From Escherichia phage vB_EcoM-LTH01: DNA of 64,000 bases. The notes under the pieces are model-generated. The model had not been told where the DNA came from, made no database searches, and saw nothing but the letters and a program-made list of their open reading frames with translations. The stretch lies in sequence record PP430345. One strand, given 5' to 3'. The position numbers and the translations under genes were made by a program. The stretch's first letter is position 1. Each line of letters opens with the position of its first letter. Below, piece after piece: positions 46,755 through 55,970 of the stretch.

Positions 46755-46924
46755 TACCTATCGCTTCACAGAACGCATCGTAACGACCTAAACTGACTAA
46801 CCTACCCGAATGTATACCCTACTTAAATAACCTCGTGAGAAGCCTTCTAAGAGGCTTTAAAAAGTTCTTGCATTCTCCCATTTTGTCCTGTACATTAAGT
46901 TCATCAACTAAACAGGAGGCTAAC

Positions 46925-47089
46925 ATGACACCACAAGAAAAATACTTTGACCTAATGGCAATGATCGAGGCATACGCAAACGCTGTTTCTGACTTCGAGG
47001 ATAAACCTTGGGACAGGGATAAAGTACGGAAAGTGGCGACAATGCACACAGAATTACAAGAAAAGGTTGCAGAGTACACCGGAAACTAA
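46925..47089 (+). CDS. hypothetical small protein
   Basis: ATG after ACAGGAGG; track start 46835 has no SD. Confidence 0.4.
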   Translation: MTPQEKYFDLMAMIEAYANAVSDFEDKPWDRDKVRKVATMHTELQEKVAEYTGN

Positions 47090-47124
47090 TATACTGGGCA
47101 TATCAAATCAAAGAGGAGAACAAA

Positions 47125-47592
47125 ATGTACAGCTTAACAGTCTATCGTCGTGAATTTCCTGAACATACATCCAGCTATTTCTTTGCTTTCTGCACCCCTG
47201 ATCGTAAAGAACTGATCCAGAAGCTTGCAGATGAGATGTTCAAAGAAGCCTTAGCTCAGGATTATGACATTTCTAAAGGGGTTAGCTACTATACTAACTG
47301 GAATGATTTTATCGTCGGCATTGATGGCTATATGGGTGCTTGCTGGTCAAGTGGCAAGACTGCAACGCCGGAATGTTTAGAACTCGACGACAAAATCGAT
47401 GCTATTCTGGCAGAGGCATATGATATCTCTGAGCAAATGCTGAAAGATAAGTATGGCGAACTTCTTAAAGAGGTGCAAGAAGAGCGCAATCAAGAAGCAA
47501 AAGCAAAACTTCTGGCATTGATCGAAGAATATGAAATTCCTTTCGACCAAGCCGTTGAAAACATTCAGAAATTAATCATTAGCAAAAAGTGA
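47125..47592 (+). CDS. hypothetical protein
   Basis: AAAGAGGAGAA SD. Confidence 0.5.
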   Translation: MYSLTVYRREFPEHTSSYFFAFCTPDRKELIQKLADEMFKEALAQDYDISKGVSYYTNWNDFIVGIDGYMGACWSSGKTATPECLELDDKIDAILAEAYDISEQMLKDKYGELLKEVQEERNQEAKAKLLALIEEYEIPFDQAVENIQKLIISKK

Positions 47593-47602
47593 GGAGGTTA
47601 TA

Positions 47603-47887
47603 ATGGAAAAGAAACGTCGTGCGGGTATGTTAGATAATCAATTTTTCTGTCCATTTAAGTTCCATGCGGAGTATAATCGAGGAGAATTTGAGATGAACGC
47701 TACTAATCTGGCAAGCATTCAAGAGGTGATCTACGGTGATGGTCACGTAGAGTACATCTTTTGGGATGAGTCAGACCTCGCTATGCCAGCAGGGTTTACT
47801 CTGGAAGATGCAAAGACCTCATTCCGTACTTATTGCACAGATTACCTCGGTGATCCTAAGCCAGTGGACTTCTATGACTGGAAATAA
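47603..47887 (+). CDS. hypothetical protein
   Basis: GAGGAGG SD. Confidence 0.5.
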   Translation: MEKKRRAGMLDNQFFCPFKFHAEYNRGEFEMNATNLASIQEVIYGDGHVEYIFWDESDLAMPAGFTLEDAKTSFRTYCTDYLGDPKPVDFYDWK

Positions 47888-48023
47888 AGACAACCCGAAC
47901 GCCCTTTGGGAGAATTGTGACTACCTTTTATGGCCTAACTGGTATCATTACTTGACTTATGGCATTATCTTAGTGTTAATCGCATCCGTCGCCGTACTGT
48001 CGGCTATGGAGCAACTACGATGA
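47874..48023 (+). CDS. small membrane protein (49 aa)
   Basis: internal ATG of track ORF 47766; TM segment LTYGIILVLIASVAVL. Confidence 0.3.
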   Translation: MTGNKDNPNALWENCDYLLWPNWYHYLTYGIILVLIASVAVLSAMEQLR

Positions 48024-48206
48024 CTGCTGGGGTAGTGATCGCGCTACCACTACTGATACTGGCGTTCTCCATGATTATGGTGGACATTATGGAGAAAGGA
48101 CGATGAATCACACTGACACAAAGAAGGGTCAGTGGGGCACTTGGTGAACACTTAACATCAGGGTTTAAATCATAATTACCCTATCGACAATAAAGAGGAA
48201 ATTACT

Positions 48207-48416
48207 ATGAAAACTGTACGCATTGAAGACGTTGATTTCGACGAAACCGAGGTTAGCATCAAGAAGTCTGGGATCGGCAACCTCGTCTCTGTAGACTTCA
48301 ATCCCGATGAATATGAAGAAGGAAATACATTAATGTATTATACACCAGAGGCAGCACGTAAGCTTGCGGCAGCACTTATCACCGCAGCAGACGAAGCAGA
48401 GCAGGGTGAGAAGTGA
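48207..48416 (+). CDS. hypothetical protein
   Basis: AAAGAGGAAA SD. Confidence 0.5.
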   Translation: MKTVRIEDVDFDETEVSIKKSGIGNLVSVDFNPDEYEEGNTLMYYTPEAARKLAAALITAADEAEQGEK

Positions 48417-48419
48417 GAT

Positions 48420-48539
48420 ATGAACATTTACGAAATGGTAACAGTTGAGCACGTCCTGTTTGACCTTAATAACGGATACATTAACGTTTGTTGCGGTGAT
48501 ACATTAACTTCAATTGTTAAATTGGAAATTGAAGATTAG
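48420..48539 (+). CDS. small protein (39 aa)
   Basis: ORF packed exactly between neighbours. Confidence 0.3.
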   Translation: MNIYEMVTVEHVLFDLNNGYINVCCGDTLTSIVKLEIED

Positions 48540-48541
48540 AT

Positions 48542-48736
48542 ATGGTATACCGTACATTTGAAGAATGGAAAAAGAAAGGTCGTGTCGTCGTAAAAGGAGA
48601 GGAAGCTGCGGGATTCCTTAAGGACGGCACGGCATTGTTCTCTAAAGAGCAGACAAAGAAAACACCAACTAAATTATACACTCACAACCAAGGGTACGAC
48701 TCATGGTACATGGGTGATGAGTATGAATACTATTGA
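48542..48736 (+). CDS. hypothetical protein
   Basis: 64-aa ORF. Confidence 0.45.
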   Translation: MVYRTFEEWKKKGRVVVKGEEAAGFLKDGTALFSKEQTKKTPTKLYTHNQGYDSWYMGDEYEYY

Positions 48737-48747
48737 TAAGAGGTAAT

Positions 48748-48984
48748 ATGGCACACTATAACTTTCAAGAAATTAAAAGAGGTGCATACTTCGGTCATGT
48801 GGACGGCCCTAATGACGAAGTGTTCAGGAAATCGGGGACGTTTACGTTCTACGATGTTAAGAGCAAAGACTGTCTGGACATTCGAGAGACGACTTGGAGA
48901 CATAACTTCAGTAGTGATGAACGTCCTTTCGTGTTGGCACAGGTAGAAATTAAGGTCGATATCACTTGGAGGCCGGAATGGTAA
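48748..48984 (+). CDS. hypothetical protein
   Basis: ATG after AAGAGG; track start 48733. Confidence 0.45.
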   Translation: MAHYNFQEIKRGAYFGHVDGPNDEVFRKSGTFTFYDVKSKDCLDIRETTWRHNFSSDERPFVLAQVEIKVDITWRPEW

Positions 48985-49364
48985 ATAAAATCGCACATCG
49001 TTGGAATGGTACACGTAAATCTTTGGCAGAAGAGGCCGAAAGGCGTAAAGAACAAGAGGAGAAGATTGTTTCTGGCTCTGTACGTAGGATCTATATAGAA
49101 CCGAAAGATAAGAAGGTAATTTATGACGGAACAGAGGCGCAATTTGTCTACGAAATAGCTAAGAAGGATGCAGATGCCCTTGGGTTTACTCAGAGCTACC
49201 TTGAGTATGCCTACGATAATGGAATTGAATCTATCATCCTTCAAGAAGATAAAGATAAATCTCAATACAAGTCAGTAAAAGCACAGAGCTACAGAATTGT
49301 TAAGCTTGTCAATCTATTTGACATTGACAATCCAACGTATGCCCTCAGACGACTGGCTGTATGA
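48978..49364 (+). CDS. hypothetical protein
   Basis: ATG after GGAGG; last + strand gene, followed by terminator. Confidence 0.5.
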   Translation: MVNKIAHRWNGTRKSLAEEAERRKEQEEKIVSGSVRRIYIEPKDKKVIYDGTEAQFVYEIAKKDADALGFTQSYLEYAYDNGIESIILQEDKDKSQYKSVKAQSYRIVKLVNLFDIDNPTYALRRLAV

Positions 49365-49377
49365 TCCTGAACTACAG

Positions 49378-49404
49378 AGAGCACCCCAAAAGTGGGTGCT
49401 TTTT
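49378..49404 (+). terminator. intrinsic terminator closing the + strand block
   Basis: GAGCACCCCAAAAGTGGGTGCT + TTTTT. Confidence 0.75.
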
Positions 49405-49429
49405 GCATCTGGATTGCAACCAAACTCAT

Positions 49430-50400
49430 CTGCTCATCCCAAAATGTTGTACACCTCTCCAAAATGTTGTGCCCACCAAACTATATAGTCCTTCCAAACT
49501 GTTGTACTCCAGCTACAATAATGCCCAAATATCGTACAACGATTCCCACAAATATCGATTCATCCCAAAATTAGGTAGTTTGCCTAAAGAGTAACCACTA
49601 CTTGGCCTACTGAGGCGCATCTTTTGCCACAGAGTTACCTCCCTTCCCTATACATCCATCCCTCATAGTTTAGAATTTCCAGTATATGTCTACTCTGAGT
49701 GGACCTCCATCATGAATTTTAAACGACAACTTTTTAGTTTTTATACCCTCCCGCCAAAATTTTGAGTCACCTCTTATGGGGTATGCCGCCTGTGAATATC
49801 CCACAAAATATCTCACAGGTCATAAAATATACCTCCCCGCCAAATTTTATGATGGATACTCCACGGGGGTGGGTCCATTATTTATCCTGCCCAAATATAT
49901 CTAAAGGGGGTAGCCTAAAGAGGCTCGCCAGTAGTGTCCCTTGACCTTGTTCCTCGTCAGCAAGAAAGAAGAGGATGTTTGCATCTTTTTTGTTGAGTGC
50001 GTTGGCACTGTTGCCAGGCACGGCGACCGTGGGGGAGGGGGAGGGGGTCGGATGTTTTCAAAATATCCAGGAAGTCAAGCATTATTTCTATTTATTTTCA
50101 ATCCACAATACATCTTTGATTCGACTTGTCAAGAAAAATGTTGTGCTCTTCCAACAATAAAGTTAAAGATTTCTATTGACTTCTGAATCTGATTTAGAAT
50201 ACTGATTTCAATCTGCATTTAACATAATACAACTTATACGCACTACAAGCGACTTGCAAGCGCCCTTCTTCCAGTCCAACAAGTGAGGCGACCTCAAGCC
50301 CCGCCAGGTCTGGCCCCTTCCAACTTGTGAGAAGAATAATCCCAACTTGTTACTATCCAACTGTGAATTATTCCAACTGTACAGAAGCGACTCCATCAGG
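49430..50400. repeat. iteron-like short direct repeats (CCAA-N-TGT family)
   Basis: CCAAAATGTTGT x2, CCAAACTGTTGT, CCAACAAGTG, CCAACTTGTG, CCAACTTGTT, CCAACTGTG, CCAACTGTAC in an ORF-free region. Confidence 0.5.
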
Positions 50401-50534
50401 GCCATCAATAGCCTGAGCGCCCCGCCATACTCTGGCAATAAAAGCAAGAAAAAATTTATTTTGGGAGAGAAGAGAGAAGAGAGTTTTACCTAGCAATATT
50501 CTATTGTCTGTTCATTCTGTGGGCAAGTAACAGC

Positions 50535-50600
50535 CTTTTACGGCCTCTTTGTGTACTGTGCATCCTCTTTGTGTACCCTACAGCCTCTTTGTGTGGTCAC
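50535..50600. repeat. triple direct repeat CCTCTTTGTGT
   Basis: three copies at ~22-bp spacing. Confidence 0.55.
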
Positions 50601-50714
50601 ACTAACGGCCTTCCTATTGACTAGCTATTCACTTTATATGAATAACAAAGCATTAAATAATTCAATATTATCTTCGATAATGTATTGACAAAAGATAAAA
50701 GATTACTACAAGTA

Positions 50715-50828
50715 GACACTATAAAACGAGGAAACGAAGAGAACAGATAGCAACAATCTGTTTCGTTGATATCGGTTATCACCGATGACCGCATAGCGGT
50801 AGGAGGGGTATACTCGTTTTATAGTGTC
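50715..50828. repeat. nested inverted repeat (long hairpin/cruciform)
   Basis: GACACTATAAAACGAG ... CTCGTTTTATAGTGTC 16-bp perfect inverted repeat enclosing ACAGAT/ATCTGT and ATCGGT/ACCGAT palindromes. Confidence 0.55.
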
Positions 50829-51084
50829 GCTCCCTACGGTCGCGCCACCTCCATACTCTGGCAATGGTATCTCTTTAAAACTGCTTTCTTTGTGGGCAAG
50901 ATAGTTCTTTCTTTGTGTGTTTTGTTGTGGTAAGCTATCAGATTAGTTTTGATTTTTGGGAGAGAGATTCCAAAGGGTGATTGGATTGATGGGTAAAGTA
51001 AGTTAGAGGGGTTAGATAGGATAAGATGATCCAAATAGGGAAGAGATTAATAGAGTTGGGAGAGTCACGCCGATGGATATGATA

Positions 51085-51105
51085 AGGGCCGCTATTGCGG
51101 CCCCT
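51085..51105 (-). terminator. intrinsic terminator closing the minus-strand block
   Basis: minus strand GGGCCGCAATAGCGGCCC followed by TTATCAT. Confidence 0.5.
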
Positions 51106-51119
51106 GATTATGTTACCTC

Positions 51120-51539
51120 TTAAAGTGCTTCATAGATTTCATAGTAGCGATTTGCCAGATCATTACGAAAGCGGAATTTTTCATCACGTTTGATAATCAG
51201 GTCTTTAAAGCCAAAATCTTTCAGTGCTTCATTAACTTTACTGCGGCTTACTTTCATGTTGTCCTGTGCATCACCGATAAATTTGTTGCTGTGCTGCATT
51301 GCTTTAATTTCTTCTTCCAGAACCAGGGCAACTACACGAACCGGATCAAGGCGATAATCGTTAACATCCATACGGCATTGTAAACGGCTTTTAACGTCTG
51401 CCACTGGATAAACTGCAACCTCTTCCCCATCAACATTGACGATAACCAGTTTACCATCAATTTCAAAACCTTTGGCGGCGCTACCGTGACAAAAAGCGTT
51501 ATCGAAAGAGTAAGCCGGATTAGTTGATTTGATGTTCAT
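51120..51539 (-). CDS. hypothetical protein (possible KilA-N/Bro-N-like N-terminal domain)
   Basis: 139-aa ORF with promoter upstream; FEIDGKLVIVNVDGEEVAVYPVADV loosely Bro-N-like. Confidence 0.55.
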   Translation of the reverse strand: MNIKSTNPAYSFDNAFCHGSAAKGFEIDGKLVIVNVDGEEVAVYPVADVKSRLQCRMDVNDYRLDPVRVVALVLEEEIKAMQHSNKFIGDAQDNMKVSRSKVNEALKDFGFKDLIIKRDEKFRFRNDLANRYYEIYEAL

Positions 51540-51671
51540 GTCGTTGTCCTTTGTTTTGTTGTTTGCTGCTAGAGATATAACTATACTGCAAAATTGACTT
51601 TCTTGTCAATAGAGGGAATTGTAAATTAATGGAATATTTACAAAGGGGGCATATAACCCCCGTTTTCGATA

Positions 51672-51941
51672 TTACTTAGTATACCCTTTAAACCACTCCT
51701 GCCAGGCCTGGTTATGTTCTGCCTCATCACGACGAATCTGTTTTTGCTCCGCAAGTCGGATCTCATCTTCGAGGTAGCCCAGGATATCGGCCTTTTTGAC
51801 TTTCTGCAACTTCCAATCATCAGCTTTGTGGCTGAATACCTTATAAGCCTTCTCACATACTTCTTTTTTGCTCCCTTTCTGAACTTCAAGGATACGGTAA
51901 GCCATATGCTGAACTACTTTAAGCTGGTCGATGCGATTCAT
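51672..51941 (-). CDS. hypothetical protein
   Basis: 89-aa ORF with balanced composition; preferred over overlapping 51638..51889. Confidence 0.5.
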   Translation of the reverse strand: MNRIDQLKVVQHMAYRILEVQKGSKKEVCEKAYKVFSHKADDWKLQKVKKADILGYLEDEIRLAEQKQIRRDEAEHNQAWQEWFKGYTK

Positions 51942-51996
51942 GATGTTAATCCTGTTAGGTCAGTTAGTGGGCCTTTCGGCCCGTTTGATTATTCTA

Positions 51997-52272
51997 TTAT
52001 GAGCGTCTGGCAAATTCAAGAGTTTTTTCTTCGAAATCTTCTTGAGCTTGCCACAATACTGATTGCATCATGTGATTAGCATCAGTGAAACCGTTGCTTT
52101 TAGCAAACTTATCCGCGCCGCCTTCTTCTGCGTATTCTGCATTCATAGCTGCAACATTATGATACTCGATGTTATTGAGGTAAGGACTTGCTACACCGTC
52201 AACATCTGTAGCCACTACCATATCCCAAAACTCAGTGATTTCTTTGTCTAATTTGGCGTTAAGTTGTAACAT
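51997..52272 (-). CDS. hypothetical acidic protein
   Basis: 91-aa ORF downstream of TTGACA promoter. Confidence 0.55.
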   Translation of the reverse strand: MLQLNAKLDKEITEFWDMVVATDVDGVASPYLNNIEYHNVAAMNAEYAEEGGADKFAKSNGFTDANHMMQSVLWQAQEDFEEKTLEFARRS

Positions 52273-52792
52273 TTTGTACCCTTTTTGATGTTTTGAATGT
52301 TTGCCCTACGAGAGATATAATAGTATACAACTTACTTTTGTGTCAACAATCTTTTTAACTTCTTTTCTTGTTTCTTTCTTTCTTTCCTGGTGCTCTTTTG
52401 TTTCTCACAGTTTAACACTTCGATCGCAATCTCAGTAGAAGGTGTCTAGGAGCGCCCCTTTTCGGGACTTACTCAACGTGCCCTTTCTCAACACTTGCCA
52501 GCCTTTTTCATCTGGACGATTCGAAAACTTAGAAACTTTCTGATACTTTATCGGATTCGACTTCTCAGAACTTACATCATAGAGTAACTACTTTGCATCA
52601 CTGCTTCGCTGCCCTACGTGATAAATAATAATATAACGGTAGTCCGGTGTCAATAGGTAGAATTGTAAAGATTTGATAGATTTTATTTTATTTTTGGTGA
52701 GTATTGATAGTTATTTACTATCGCCATATAGAGGGGTCGTCCAGTGATTACCTTCCCCTGTCCCCAGTTGCCGCCCGTTTGATAAGAATAGC

Positions 52793-52823
52793 AAAAAAGG
52801 GCCGAACAAGTCAAGCCCTTTTG
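52793..52823 (-). terminator. intrinsic terminator
   Basis: minus strand AAGGGC...GGCCCTT hairpin + T6. Confidence 0.55.
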
Positions 52824-52829
52824 TTGAGG

Positions 52830-53090
52830 TTAATAAACAGACCAGGGTATTTTTAACATTCCGTTAATCTCTATCGTTTGCTCAAGTATGGCCCTGTTGA
52901 TAAATGATGTTATTGCTTTAATGTCTACTTGTTCGAACGTATCAGAGTAGCACCAACTATAAGCGCCAGAATCATCCTTTGAAGGATACACTTGTACAAG
53001 GAGATCGCCACCTGGTTGATCAATCAGTTCAACACATAACTTTAATGCTTTTGCCTCTTCTACCGCATTAATTAACATTGCAATGCTCAT
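52830..53090 (-). CDS. hypothetical protein
   Basis: 86-aa ORF; terminator downstream. Confidence 0.5.
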   Translation of the reverse strand: MSIAMLINAVEEAKALKLCVELIDQPGGDLLVQVYPSKDDSGAYSWCYSDTFEQVDIKAITSFINRAILEQTIEINGMLKIPWSVY

Positions 53091-53293
53091 ATTTCGCCCC
53101 CTATGAAGTCTGATCGATTGCTTTCTGTCATGCGTTTATGTAAATCAGATAATTTTGAAATGGCTTCCAATGTATCGCTTTCTAACGATGAATCTAGATA
53201 GCTCTCATCGTTGATAACCTTCCGTCTATGGTGATAGCGTAATACAGATAAAGCCTTTTTAATGTCGGATGAGCTAATCATTGAAATACTCAT
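53087..53293 (-). CDS. hypothetical protein
   Basis: 68-aa ORF, overlapping stop/start with downstream gene. Confidence 0.5.
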   Translation of the reverse strand: MSISMISSSDIKKALSVLRYHHRRKVINDESYLDSSLESDTLEAISKLSDLHKRMTESNRSDFIGGEI

Positions 53294-53341
53294 TATTGTT
53301 TCTCTTTGGTTGACTTGGGGCGTTGCCGCCCCTTATTAATA

Positions 53342-53587
53342 TTAGAATTGGCGAGTAAGGCGGTCGGTGTTTTCCTGCATTACAACCTTACCTGTTGCTA
53401 CCATTTCTTTGATTTTTTCATCATTAATAATGTTGTTGTTCTCTTTAATCCACTTCCAACGATTACCCATCAAGGTATCCCCTTTTAATGCATAATACCA
53501 AACGTTGTTGGGCATCTTGATCCAGGCTGTACCGCGTGAATTTTTAGGATCGTGATAGATATTGCCAATTTTAGTTGTCTGGTACAT
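53342..53587 (-). CDS. hypothetical protein
   Basis: 81-aa ORF with promoter, palindrome and SD AAAAGG. Confidence 0.5.
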   Translation of the reverse strand: MYQTTKIGNIYHDPKNSRGTAWIKMPNNVWYYALKGDTLMGNRWKWIKENNNIINDEKIKEMVATGKVVMQENTDRLTRQF

Positions 53588-53686
53588 GATTTTTTACCTT
53601 TTCCAGTGGGCTGCACCATTGCCGCCCTACGTGATAAATATTAGCATATTGACGATCCGTGTCAATAGTTTTCCATTAATATTTCA

Positions 53687-54088
53687 TTACAGACCTAGGA
53701 TAGCCCGTACTTCGTTACGTTCTTTGGCCTCAGTCATGATCATACTTAAAATAGCTGGATTAATATAACCTTTTTCCATAGCCTCGCGAACTGGAACATC
53801 ATAAGCCCCAAAACCAGTGCGAACGATACGCACATCATTAAGATTAGTATTATAGATACCGCCCAAATACACGGCCTTGAATACTGCATCAACGCTATAC
53901 TCGATGTTACCATCATTTACGTTTTCAATCTCGATGTTACGAGATACCGCCCAACGTTTACAGCTTCCAATCAGGTAACATTGCTCTTTTGTCAGATTAC
54001 CATTGGATACTGCATATTTGAGGGCTTCAGGGCCGAAAGTTTTAGCAATGTTGGCAACGTCAGCGTAAGAGGTGATTGTAAAGTTCAT
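53687..54088 (-). CDS. hypothetical protein
   Basis: 133-aa ORF; promoter and GCGGCA palindrome upstream; SD GGAG. Confidence 0.55.
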   Translation of the reverse strand: MNFTITSYADVANIAKTFGPEALKYAVSNGNLTKEQCYLIGSCKRWAVSRNIEIENVNDGNIEYSVDAVFKAVYLGGIYNTNLNDVRIVRTGFGAYDVPVREAMEKGYINPAILSMIMTEAKERNEVRAILGL

Positions 54089-54172
54089 GATGATAACTCC
54101 AGTCAGTGAGCGGCAACATTGCCGCCCCTACAAGATGAATATTAACAGATTAAGGATTTATGTCAATACTTT
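54089..54172 (-). promoter_or_regulatory. early promoter + GC palindrome unit
   Basis: minus strand AAAAAGTATTGACA - 16 nt - TAATAT, then GCGGCAATGTTGCCGC palindrome, SD GGAG. Confidence 0.55.
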
Positions 54173-54559
54173 TTATTCGATATTGATTAAATTGTTGTTG
54201 TCAATGTAGGCTGACACGTTCGGCATAAATTTAGCGGCATTTGTTAAACGGTTAGCCGTGTTAGTGGTGTATGTTTCAGGACGATCCCAAAAGCCTACGC
54301 CGTGACCGTTGCGTGTAAGATGTAAATCATTCCCTATCTGGATCGCTGTTGCACCGTCAGCCATTGCCTCAGAGATAGCGGCGATATTGGCATTAATGAA
54401 GGCTGTTACATCCTGGGCGATCCGGTCGTTTGCGTCCTGGGAGAAGTCATAAGGATCAAGGTTATCGATATGCTCCCCGTGCTGATCCGTTGCTGATTCA
54501 GCGAAAATAAAGGCTTCTTTGTAACCGTCGATAATTGTATTGATGATTTCTTGTTTCAT
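54173..54559 (-). CDS. hypothetical protein
   Basis: start moved to MKQEI; track N-terminus (54586) runs through the palindrome. Confidence 0.5.
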   Translation of the reverse strand: MKQEIINTIIDGYKEAFIFAESATDQHGEHIDNLDPYDFSQDANDRIAQDVTAFINANIAAISEAMADGATAIQIGNDLHLTRNGHGVGFWDRPETYTTNTANRLTNAAKFMPNVSAYIDNNNLINIE

Positions 54560-54603
54560 TTCATTTATTCCTTTATATGGCGGCATTGTTGCCGCCCTGT
54601 TGA

Positions 54604-54777
54604 TTAGTAGTCTTCTTCTTCGCTGTTGTAATACTTGATCCCGTTCTCATCTGTAACGGTGATGTTTTCCTGGCCTAACAAGGAAAGCTCATGAGCGTAG
54701 CGAATTGCATCGCTTAAATTGTCCATCCAATGGATGTTAATGCCTTTGCGAGAGATGTGGAAAATAGTCGGGATCAT
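54604..54777 (-). CDS. small protein (57 aa)
   Basis: SD AAGAGGAAAC upstream; below track cutoff. Confidence 0.35.
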   Translation of the reverse strand: MIPTIFHISRKGINIHWMDNLSDAIRYAHELSLLGQENITVTDENGIKYYNSEEEDY

Positions 54778-54790
54778 TTGTTGTTTCCTC

Positions 54791-54895
54791 TTAACCGATA
54801 CCGTGGGAAGATAGGATCATATTAGCCATAGTTGCAATCACTCCAACCGATAAAGTTAAACCGATAATTGCTACCGTGAAAACTTTCTCTGACAT
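54791..54895 (-). CDS. tiny membrane peptide (34 aa)
   Basis: hydrophobic MSEKVFTVAIIGLTLSVGVIATMANMIL; SD AAAGGG; follows promoter/palindrome unit. Confidence 0.3.
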   Translation of the reverse strand: MSEKVFTVAIIGLTLSVGVIATMANMILSSHGIG

Positions 54896-54970
54896 GATTT
54901 TACCCTTTTTCAGTGAGCGGCGCTATTGCCGCCCTACGTGGTACACTTTACCAGATTATTAATTGCCGTC
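54896..54970 (-). promoter_or_regulatory. early promoter + GC palindrome unit
   Basis: AAAAAAGTAGTTGACG ... TAAAGT ... GGGCGGCAATAGCGCCGCTC. Confidence 0.55.
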
Positions 54971-55098
54971 AACTACTTTTTTCGAATTATTTTGTGCCCT
55001 TTTAAAAGCCCGAGGGTAAGCCAGGGCGTAAATAGCGTCAAGTAAGGTGATTGCATACTTTCGCCGTTTTAGGCTGTTACAGGACCATTTATCGCCTC

Positions 55099-55377
55099 TT
55101 AACGGTTATAAATATTGTGGATAGTGATAAAGGTTCTACGACCATACGCCGCCAAATCGGGATTGATCCAGGCATTATCTAACATCGTTTCAAGGATGAT
55201 AGAATCATCATGCAAAGCATCATAGAAATCAGCATGAACGATCGTTTCAATATCGTCTGATGTTAGCTCTGTATTCAGCTTACAGGTTGCTTGCAAATCA
55301 GCTTCACGCTTCCAATCTCCAAGATTAGTAGTCAGAATGTTGGTGATCTCTTCGGTGGATAATTTAGTAATAGTCAT
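55099..55377 (-). CDS. hypothetical protein
   Basis: start moved to MTITKL after SD AGAGAGGA; track N-terminus crosses palindrome. Confidence 0.5.
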   Translation of the reverse strand: MTITKLSTEEITNILTTNLGDWKREADLQATCKLNTELTSDDIETIVHADFYDALHDDSIILETMLDNAWINPDLAAYGRRTFITIHNIYNR

Positions 55378-55435
55378 GATAGATATCCTCTCTTTTCTCT
55401 TTAATAAGGCGGGAACTATTCCCGCCGCTTTATGA

Positions 55436-55675
55436 TTATTTGATAATGAAAGCGTAGCCGCTGCCGTCCGGTGTTTCACCGCTTGCAACGATATTCCAAT
55501 CAATATCTGTTGTCATCTTCAATTTTGTAATTAACACTTCTGCCGCCAGTTTATGGGCTTCGTTGATCTCGGCTACCGGATAGGCTATAGTGATATCTGT
55601 CAACCAACATTTTGCTTTGATGCGAGCGCCACGGGTATTAGTAGGAGGAAGAAATTTAGTGATAATAGTTTGCAT
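55436..55675 (-). CDS. hypothetical protein
   Basis: 79-aa ORF; TTTACA-N16-TACAAT promoter upstream. Confidence 0.5.
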   Translation of the reverse strand: MQTIITKFLPPTNTRGARIKAKCWLTDITIAYPVAEINEAHKLAAEVLITKLKMTTDIDWNIVASGETPDGSGYAFIIK

Positions 55676-55751
55676 GGTCTTTACCTTTCTTTGGTTGGCT
55701 TTATTGCCTGATTTGTATTGTACTTACTTTGTTGTTTTTGTAAAGCTATTT

Positions 55752-55970
55752 TTAAATCTTTGTGAGGATTATACACTCAGTGGGGATGTTCCCCACACTT
55801 ACGATCATTGACCTGATTTGTGTAACCTTCATATTCAGCCGACAACAAATGGCGGTGAATAATCTCATCTGTTTTTCTACTTCTCCATCTTTGCAGATCC
55901 ATACGGTGGATTCACCTGGCGCAAGATTCTTAAGGATCTCGGTCTTACCTGTAATGTTGACAATATTCAT
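55752..55970 (-). CDS. hypothetical protein
   Basis: SD GAGGAATAA upstream of ATG. Confidence 0.4.
   Translation of the reverse strand: MNIVNITGKTEILKNLAPGESTVWICKDGEVEKQMRLFTAICCRLNMKVTQIRSMIVSVGNIPTECIILTKI

Noticed and set aside
49762-51034. Track ORFs inside the repeat region (+49762..49944, +49941..50186, -50208..50447, -50834..51034)
   Set aside because: No SD sites; they span direct repeats and the G-tract; composition is low-complexity; region better explained as non-coding.
49405-51119. tRNA genes or a CRISPR array in the ORF-free region
   Set aside because: No GTTCGAATC-type T-loop with matching acceptor stem found on either strand here or at 52370-52600; repeats are short (10-12 bp), irregularly spaced and heterogeneous, unlike CRISPR repeats. 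A tRNAscan run would be needed to confirm.
51638-51889. Minus-strand ORF 51638..51889 (83 aa)
   Set aside because: Overlaps 51672..51941 in another frame and is R/K/S-rich; the 51672..51941 frame has balanced composition and a promoter/hairpin/SD context.
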